Of a stretch of DNA of 64,000 nt, positions 1 through 10,333 are shown piece by piece. How positions within the stretch are numbered: the stretch's first letter is position 1; every line of letters begins with the position of its first letter. Origin of the DNA: Paraspadella gotoi (Eukaryota > Animalia > Chaetognatha). The translations under genes were made by a program, and so were the position numbers. The stretch spans positions 19,285,246-19,349,245 of the forward strand of contig CM119267.1 in NCBI GenBank assembly GCA_051294375.1, in the 5' to 3' direction. Under the pieces are notes generated by a model. The model had not been told where the DNA came from, made no database searches, and was given only the letters and a program-made list of their open reading frames with translations.

Positions 1-749
1 TGACTAAAGGTACTCGAACCATTAATTCTTTTCCAAAAATTAAAGTTTAGGAGAGTTAATTTTTTTTTGTTGGATATCAGTACGCGATTTTAATCTAATG
101 ATTAATTTCTAATTTCTAAATTTTATGGCAACTCAAAATAATACCAACCTTCTGTTAAAATTGGAATTTAAAGTTGAAAATTGTCAATAAAATGTTTTGG
201 AATGAGTTTGAATAGCGTTTAGTATAGCTGTGGCGATGCTGATATTCTAAAAATAGCATATTTGAAAATACAAAGGATGGTAAAGTCAAGACTTATTATA
301 CTGATGATCACAAGTAAATATCACTAAAGCAACAATACAATCCTTTGTGTATTATTTACACAGATAGCGACATGCTTGTTAGATTGTGGTTAAGAAATTC
401 TCAGTGGCATTTTTAGTATTGACCTAAAGTCTTTTTTTTTTAAATCTGCAGCCATAACAAATGTTGAACGGTACCACATTTTTATGAATATTCCCTAAAA
501 TTTATACCAGAGGCCAAAATACTGATCTATTTTTGATCCCTTCCTTTGCGAGAGGGATTTGGCTATTTAATTCGCAAGTTAGTCAGTAAACGCAAAAAAT
601 TAATTCCTACGGCAGCAAAAAAACTAACAGGAAATTTCAACGTGAGAAAAAATGGTGCCTTTGAGTGGTCATTTCACATGCCGCAGATCGAAATTGTGTA
701 GTGGCCAAAAACGTGCCCTGTGACAGTTTCAAATTGAAAAGTAAAATAC

Positions 750-860
750 TGCATTTCCCCTTTGCCGCACTCAGATCGGTCATACCACCACTTTGTTCTT
801 TAATTTTGTTAGGTCACGCCCCCTCCAGTAATCAGGAGTACAGTGTATGACAAACAGTCC
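750..860 (-). CDS. iGluR flip/flop-like cassette exon copy 5 ([33 protein letters not shown])
   Basis: cttgtttag|G GAC TGT phase-2 acceptor, |gtattt donor, 111 nt. LKNKWWYD matches the vertebrate flip/flop sequence after one indel correction. Confidence 0.85.
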
Positions 861-3800
861 CTAAACAAGAATAGAATGTAAGTTTTAAATATTTCTCTCA
901 TGACACCTTATAGCTGTTTTTCATTTCAGAGTTTTGTTTTTTTTTTAAGGATGATTTGTTGGTCATCATAGATGGAGAAGGTTTAAAAAAGCGAAAATGG
1001 TGCAAGTTGTCGCTGTGTTTTAAATTTGATAGAAAAAGGGACAGCGTTTTATATTCAATTGCACGTAGCAAAATTTGGCTTAAAATTAAACGCGCCGCAA
1101 CAAAAAAACTTTTTTCGCAAAGAGGTCAATGTTAAAAAAAATTTTATGTTGAATATCTTATTGTTTAAAACTTGCCATTGGAATGTTTCTTAATAACGAA
1201 AACACTGATTAACCTCACATGGCGTTAGCAGTGACATAAAATGAAGATAAGAAAACATTTAAAGCAGACCATCACAATCCTGAATCCATGCACAACCAAA
1301 GTTCCTGTTTGCCGAAACAAACAAAGTTTGCTTAAACTTAAAAACGATGGCCCCAAAGCTATCTCTTACATGGCTTGAATATGGAATCATATTAACTACT
1401 GAGCTTGATATTAAAGAATAGTTTATGAGGTTTTCTCAAACAATTTTCTGTTTTGTTTTTTAATCCCTCCTGCTTGGATTTCTTCAAAAAATAATTGTGC
1501 TCTTAGTGATTAAAACGCATTTTTTCTTAAAAAAAGAAAACCTACTTTCCAACTGTGAAAGCTCGAAAAACTACTCTTGGGGGAATGACATCCAATAAAA
1601 TCCTTATTTTTCCAAATCAAGAATTCCAACATGGATTAAAAACGAAAAAAAATTTTTAGGAGAAAGAGGAAGAGAGCGAGATATAGACGAAAAACTATTT
1701 AACAGCAAAAGCTAGTACCTTGTAACCACATACGTTTTTGGCCACACTCAGATCTATCATTGCACCATTTCTTCTTCAGATTAATCATTCAACCATCTTC
1801 TTGCAATGATTAATACAGCTAGCGAGATCAAACTTTTGCTGCTGTTGTTGTGTAAAAAAAATAAGCGGGTGGGAGCGAAGGGAAAAAAAACCCGGGACTT
1901 TTTGTTTTAGACAGCCTAAGTGGATCGGGTTCCGTCGGGTCGTACCTTGGCCTTGTCCTGGCCGCACTCGCTGCGGTCATGCCACCCACTTTTTCTTGAG
2001 GCGGTGCAGCTGAGCCGTCCTCTTGAAGCGCAACACACTCAACGAAATGCATGACTTCAACTCCCCTCTCCCTCCATTGCTTTCCGTTTTAGAGAATCAA
2101 GCATAAAGAATCTGGTTCAATTCTACTCTATAAGGTAGTATTTTTATCCGCTATTAATGCCTAATCTAACTTAGGATGTGGTAAAAGCAGACTCATTTTG
2201 CATGTCATTTCAAAAAGAAAAGAGAAAAAATAGGGTGGTCAATTCTTAAAAATAGACCTAAAGAAATTGAAATTTGTATCAGTCTGTTTTATCCAGTAAT
2301 CATAAACATAAAACAACTTATGAAATATTGGAAAATGTTGGCAAAGAGTCTAGTTTTGTCTAGCTTCAGCTTAGCAGGGTAGCAGGCCAAAATCTTATCT
2401 TATCTTTTGAAAACATATCAATCAAAGAAAGCATTTTTAATAATATTTAATTCAAAGATTCTGCCCTTCAGCTTTTCAAAGGCTCTTTTTTCACCTGCAG
2501 AAGGAAAAATTATCAAAGCATGGAAACTTCTAAAATGAACAAAACATTTGACATTAGGGTTGACAAAAAGAAAGAATAGAAAATTTAACATACGGTAGAA
2601 CAACAAATCGTATTTCCTTTCTTTTTAATTTAAAAGATTAAATAAACCAGCCTGTGATTTTAAAAAATATCTTTACAACGTAAAATAAAGCAGAGGAAAA
2701 TAGAAAAGCTACCTCACAAAACACTAGTTTAAAGTTTTGAAAATGAGAGAACAAATAAAACCGATTTATTTGTTTCAACCCAATTTAAAACCAGTATTTA
2801 TTTCTTTGTAAAATTAATATACTTAAGTCATTAAATTCCTTACATCCATGTATAAAAAATCATGCGATAATGTTACGAAAAGTCTCAAGAGTTTTCAATG
2901 TTTGATTTTGTTCTTATTTGCAATAGTCAGGGATAAAGTGGTTTTGTTTTTAAAGCCAAAGAATTAAGACACATTTAAAGAAGTTAAAAGGTAATGAAAC
3001 AAAATACTAGAAAAGAACAGCCCAAAAACAACATTGAAGAAGAGGTTCATGCAAATTTCCTAACATAAATAGGTCGATGATTTGTAATTTGGTGTTTTTC
3101 AACCAAAACTGGGCGAAATAATTAACTTCTTTCCAGTTTGGAATGAGAAAAATATTTTAACGACACTGAAGTAATTAATCCAAGCAAATTTTGTCAGGTA
3201 ACCCAATGAAACTAAATATTCTAAGTTGAAAAAATTATTAACACTATGCTGTAGGAATACAATGGTCTTAATATCTTACAACTCTTTTTAAACACTCGAG
3301 GTTTTTTTCAATTTTAGAAGAAGGTACCATAAATCACGTCCGGACATCTTCTCGACGTCAAGAGGCGTTTTTCACACAGCAAAAATATTTTTTTCCGAAG
3401 CCAAAAAGTCCACTTTGGTGCATTATTTAGTATGTTACCTCTGGTATCTTGACACAAAAAGAAACGTATATCATGCTTAAAATATCATGCATCCAATAAC
3501 CCAATGTTGTATCCATGGTTCTACTGGATTCGGATAGGAAGGAGACATGCATTAGTCCTCCAAAGGAGACAAAGTCTTCAATTTTCCGACAATAGCAATT
3601 CCAAAAAGAAGGAATGCTTCATTGAAGATAGAAACTTTGCCAACTGTTTGAACAAAATAATTCTTTTAACAACAAGCGAAGGTCAGCTAAAAAGTTGCTT
3701 TAGTTTCAATTTCATTTCTTGCTTCTGCTGTCTTTTAATCAAGTGGAATCCATGAAATTCAAAAAGTAATATATGTTAGTTGATGTGTTCTAGGAAAATC

Positions 3801-6775
3801 AAAGTGCTTGGTTAGTCTTTGTGAAGGAGTGAGTATGGTGTGATGAACTGAAACCGCGCTTAGTGGATATTGATATGAAAATAGTTTTAATTTTATTACT
3901 TTTGGTTGAAAAGTTTAGTAGTAAAGTGATGAAGAATTTGGTTATTATTGCAATGTTTTTTTTCTTAATTGATAAAAATTAATACAAGCTTTTCAAGCAT
4001 GCAAATTGAGTTTTGTATTTCGTTTCATTAGTAAAGCATTTTGTATCATTCGAAATTTTAGTAATGTAGTATCAATGTTTTTTTTTCAAATCTCTTATTA
4101 TTGCCAGGAGGCAAACAATATCTTTGTTAGTAAGCATTGCTTAGCCATTCTATTTAAACATTGACATAATGATTTCAAACTTAATGAGTCGGAATTTCTC
4201 ATTCGATTAATGAGATCGTACCAACAAATCTATGGCAAGATCTATGAACGAAATCCTTTTTTTTTTTCAAAAAAGTTGTTCTGAAGGTTCAAATACCTTT
4301 GAGCCTTTTTCTCCCCTTGTCCACATGCTCCAGATCGGTCCATAACCACCAATTTCGTTTTTAGCTTTTGACAGTCGGCCACTTTCTAGCAGTTCCTAGA
4401 GTAGTTAGAGAAGCACACGTCCTATAAAAGGTGGAATTTAATTTTCACGCACAGCGTAAGACAGCTTAAGCCAGTAGAATTTTTTTTTTTTGCATAATTT
4501 ATTTAACTGCCTAAAAATTAGATAATTAGAGAAAGCGCGCGCTTAACCTCTTGCAATTAAAAAAAAATTATTTTCATGAAAAGATTTAAATTTAATGTTG
4601 GTAGCCATGCAGGTTCAATTGGTTTCATGACCATGGTGAGGTAAGTGGAAGAGGGAAATGAAGATTTGAGCAGCGTTATTACTCTTGCGGCTTCGTTGCT
4701 GATTAGCGTTTGCAGTATTTCTCTTTTGGCTGAATGCAGTGACAGTAATGGATAGTACTACTTAGGTTTTTAAGTTACTCCCCCTATATTCGCTAAATCT
4801 TCGAGAAAATGAAATGATTTAAAAATTAAAAAAAAAAATTTCTTTGATTACAGATTTAAAAAAACTAAACAATGCACAAAGATGAGATGCTGATAAGAGA
4901 ACATTGGTGAAAAAATCCAAGACCAAATAGAATAGCGTATTTCGAAATTAAGATAGAGTAATGTTTGCTAATAAAAATATGCTAAGTTGCAATCGGCTAT
5001 CTATTTCTTTTAAATTTTTTTTTCGCGCTAGAAAAGAGAAAAAGAGTAGCAACCAAAAAAAATTACTCAAATGATTACACTTTATTCAATTTCCTAAAAA
5101 AAAAACAGATACCAAAATCGAGTTTTCTAAAAATTTCCCAGAGAAATCCGGGGGAGAAAATGTGGGGGGAATTTGTAGAAAAACCGAAAAAAAGCGAAAT
5201 TAAAAAAAAAACAAAAAACAAAACAACAATCGGGAGTTTGAGTTTTTTTGTGATCTTTTCTTACTTTGCGGATTCCCTGTCGCGCAACATCGCTCACGGT
5301 CACGCAACCACTCTTTTTTACACCTAAAACGCTTACCCCGTCCTTCTTGTAGCTTAAGAATCTGGAGTGATATGCAACTCTTGGGTTTTTTTTTTTTTTT
5401 TTTTTGGTTGTGGGAAAAAGTCGGTGGTGCCGGAGAAATCCATGGCAAGGTTTGTGTGTTAATTAGAATGACACGCCATGTTAGAAGCCGTTAGTTTTTG
5501 CAAAAAAGAGAGAGAGAGAGAGAGAGATATGAGAAATTTGAAAAAAATTGAGAGTTAGGAAAAAAAAGATGTATACTATATGAATTTTTCGATACAGAGT
5601 AATGACTAAAAACATATAAACATAAAAATGCAAAAATATTATTCTATTTTTTTGTTCCGTTTTTTTCTTTTGAAAACATGCAAAGCTGAGTTTAGTAAAG
5701 CGAGGAAAATTTTGTCGTAAAAAGAAATCGGTTTTGTGGAGGCCTAACTCATTGAGCTCGTTAACTGAAATTCGTCTTCATGATTCTGGTAGTTAGCGAT
5801 GAAAGTTAGTAGCGGAATGAAAATTAATGCAAAGAAACTAAAAATATAGAAAATGCAAGTTTGACAGCATTAAATGTTACCGTATACACTTATCCGTAAA
5901 GGTAATTTAAAACTTTTAAACAAACCATATCAATGTTGAGAACTTATGCAAAATAAAAAAAATAACCCATCATCAGTTTATTTTAAGAACTTTCTAGCTT
6001 AAATATTAGTTAATTCAAGAGCTTTATATAAAATATTTTGAGTTTGTTAATAAAAATAAAAAACTATATTGTCGCACTAACTTATACGCAAAATTATCTA
6101 TGTATAACAACAGGTAAAGAAATTAACAATTAAAAATTAAAAAAAAAATAATAATAACAGCAACCAAAATTCGATCGCGTCCTCATTAATTCTACATCGG
6201 CAAAAGTTTAGTCATTCAGAGTCACCAAACGAAAGCAAAAACTTAACGATGAGAAGAGAAAAACAAATGAACAGCCGAATTAGTGATTTCGTTTTTTGTG
6301 TGATTGAAAAAAAAAAGATTTTTTTTTTTGCATCATGCAATTTCCATCTATGACGCCTCGTGAGTTCGGCGGAAATAAAATAACTTCTCAAAATTTTGAT
6401 TAAAAAAAAAAAACCAAAAAGATAAAGAAATCCTCGCTCGAATAATGCCGTTAAAGTAAAAAAATGAATTAGAAATAGTTTGTATATGGGCGATAAAAAC
6501 GGTTAAAATTATTAAAATTATTATTAAAATTATATATTTTTTGGACTTGTGTTTATTTATGTTCGAATGAATATTATATTCTCGAGAATTTAATTTATGA
6601 TTCCTACCCAACAAATCCTTAACGTTAATTGGCTGTCTACTTTTTTAAATAACTTTAATTAACTAAGTTAAAATGTAATTCCAAAAAATTGTCATTATTA
6701 ACATTCGTAATTCTAACTTATTTATTGTTTTATTATTATTTATATTTATTTATTTTTATTTATTTATTATTTATT

Positions 6776-6814
<39 letters not shown>

Positions 6815-9800
6815 TTAATTAATTACATATCAGTTTAAAGTTTTCTAATCGCCACCCTTTATACACAATTTGGTCCCTAGGAACGTACCTGAGGTCGCTA
6901 CCCAGCGGCGTAGCGAACGCCGTAAACCTTTGGAGTCGAGGTTGGAGCCCGACTTTTCATTGTGTTACAGGGCTTTCTTTCATTTTTATAGTCGCATTCA
7001 TTGTAGATTCTGTAATAAGCGAGAAACAAAGCTTAATATTTATTCGATGAAATAATTAATTTGTACTAATTTATATTCCTCAGCTCCTTATATTCCGTCT
7101 TTATCACAATAACGAATAACAGGGTGAATATTTTTGCCAACAGCATTTATGAAAAGCAAAGCCACTGCGGAGAAAATCTTGATGAAAGTTTGCTGGGCTA
7201 AAATAATGGAGGGAATTTAGGCGCTAAGCTACCACAAGCTTGACAACGTCCCAGTGTATCAAAAGAAAGGTGTCAAGATAGCTTATTTATCGAAAAAGGA
7301 TATATTTCTGATATTGATAATTTCAACAACTGCTAAACTACGATAATCGTTCAAATAATCTTCGCGACAACAAATCACAAATCCACCACCACATACGGCA
7401 TCGCTCCCACAGCAACATTCACTCCACCAAACCAAAACTGACCGAGAAGAAAGGCATATTTTTCCCTTGGACCCTCCGCACACGTTCAACGCCTTCGTCG
7501 TAACCTGTACCAAAAAACGTTCGGCTGGGCCGTGGCTCATGAAAGGCCCAACAATGCGTTCGTAGACGGCGGATCTTCGACGTCCTTATTAGCGGGAGGG
7601 CAGGACATGGGGGGACAAGGAAGAGAAAGTGCGTTGCTGTGAATTTTATTGGGTGATTGGAAGTTGCATTATTTTATCAATTCATAAACACAATTGATTT
7701 GATTTGGGGTGTTTTTTTCCCTTTTTACTCATTGATAGTTTTGTTTTTTTTGGTTAATTCCAATGATTGTTTTAGTTTTATTTGTTCATGGATTTCTTTG
7801 TTTTATTTGTGGATCGATTGATTAAATATTGTCCCTATTTATTAACTCGTACAATAGAAATTTTTTTGATTGTGTAACAAATTAAAACCTCACTTAACCC
7901 CGATGGGATAGTTTAAAAATTTATAATAAATCATTGAGAGTCTCTCACTTGAAGAATTCGCTTGGTTGACGCCTGAGTCTAAAGGCATCCGTAACCGGAT
8001 TTCAGTCTGTTTTGGCCAGATCGTCTGCCCCTTCGATGGGCGTCACAAAATTCTTCTTCGACTGAGTAAACGGAGGTGGGGGGCGTAAGGGTGGGAGGGT
8101 GGGGAGGTAAAGGAGGGACAATTGGGAAGGAGGATCGGGGAAAGTTTGTGGGCGTTGGGGAAATGGGATTAGAAATCTCGTTTTCAATCGGAGATTAAAA
8201 CATTAGGGACAATAGACGATTACAAAGACGAGGACAAGACATACTGACAGGACGACTGTAACGACGAACAAAGGCTACGAGACAAAGGAGGACGCAATTA
8301 TGACAAAGATTAGACGAACCACTTTCAAAAGACAAGAATAAGTTATTAAGGACGACTGAGACCGACAAAACAATTATGACGACGATGATTAAAAAGTCTA
8401 TGACGCGACACAAGACAATTTCAAAGGCGACCAACAATGACAAATTCACGAGACGACGACGAATGGTGACAAATAAATTATGAAACGACGACAATGACAA
8501 ATTCACAGACGACGACGATGATGCAAATTACAATTATGACGACGCACAATGACAAATTCACAGACAGACCGACGAATGATGACAAAGTCTAAACGACAGA
8601 AAACGACCGTTACGAAGACGAATAACGACACGTCGGACGAAAATTACCACGTTAAAAAAGGCAGCCAAGTTGGCTGTGTAGCTCGAGATGATAATTAGGG
8701 TGAAGAACCACCAGACGCTTCCGACCAGACCTTCCCGACACGGACCTTTTGTTTTTGGTTGACGACAGGTCGCCGAAGGTAGGAGTGTGAGGGGGAGGGT
8801 TGGGGGAGGTATATTCGAGCGGGGGTGGGGAAGTGGGCGTTGCCCAGGTGCACAATACCAAAAAAGAAGAAGAGCGAAACCATTTCAGTTAAAAATCCCT
8901 CGGTCGGGTTCACATCAATGGATCTGCTTAATGTATATATTTTTTTTCCTTATGAAAAAAAATTTTTTTTCTTCGTATAAAAATAAGGGGAAAGATATGA
9001 ATTGAAGGAATTAACGATTGTCTTTGTCTAAGCTAATCAAGCAAGTGAAAATAATCTTTCGTATATGAATGAATCTATAAAAAGATGGAAAAAAATGGAC
9101 GGGATATACGGAAACGACGGAAGAATCCGAACTTCCAACGTCGTTTTTTTTGTTTTTTTTTATTTTAATTATTTCATAAGTTTAACTTTTTGGTTAAATC
9201 GAGAGAGTTTTATTTTTTTGCTTTTTAGGGAAGGGAAATTTTATGTATATGTATATTAAAATTTTCTTTCTTTTAAAATATTAAAACTATTTCGAAACCG
9301 AACATGCTACCACAAATTCTTTTTATCGAATTGATCTACTATATACTAGCCTAAAAATGGTCTATAGAGGAGAAATAAAATAAAATTATATTTATTATAA
9401 AAAAAATAAATATAAATAATTTTCTATAATTTCAGCCATGGTTTTGTGGGAACGTTATCTTTATTTGGTTAGGGATATAATATAAAGTTAGAATAATGGG
9501 AGACGATTTGTTAACGACGCACGTGGACTTCACCAAAAGAGCCTTTTTTTCGTTTAAATCGTTTTGTTTTGTCTAATTGTAGTAATAGACGGTACTACTT
9601 TTTTTTTTTGGAGGTGCCTAAATTTCTTACATTACCAACAACGACAAGAAATTCGTCATGCTTTTCTAATAAAACACGATGTGCCGTGAAATACACTGTG
9701 GCTACAGTTCTTATATCCATCGTGAAAATGGTAATTACGATGCGATCTTGGGCTTTAAAATGTTTACATATTTGAGGACTGTTTTTTTTTTTCTAAAAAA

Positions 9801-10251
9801 ACCCTGATTTTTTCTAAAAATAAAAATAATTGATTCTGAATTAAACAGCTTTTAGACAAAAGTAATACTTAAAAAAAAATGTATTGCTGAGAATTGCGTT
9901 GCAAGTTCATGCTGTGTCCTCGTTTTGAATGTAATTTCTTCCATTTGCTCTAATTAATACTGTATTAACATTTAAAACTTTAAATTTTAAAGTAAATACA
10001 GTAAAGAAAGTAGGCGAAATTCGCTTGGCATATATATAAGTTAATAATCAATTCCGTTTTATAACAAATAGTAAAAACACCTCAACGAAGCACGAAGCCG
10101 ATATGTTATTGTGTGTAATGATAATAAGCCAACTGTCATGCTCAAAAATACGAACTTTTTTTATTTTAAAAGCTCACTCAAACAAGAAAAAAAAAACACT
10201 TTATGTGCTCTCTCGTTTCTGCGTGGATCACGACCGAGAGAGAGAGAGAGA

Positions 10252-10333
<82 letters not shown>

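Noticed and set aside
750-4421. Reading the repeated exons as protease-associated (PA) domains (KxVVMDRSGxC)
   Set aside because: This reading comes from an error-shifted frame. The [10 protein letters not shown] frame is shared by the copies and continues the iGluR exon series.
6845-6900. Vertebrate-like R/G editing hairpin after the AG| donor
   Set aside because: Only a 6-7 nt imperfect match; no extended stem.
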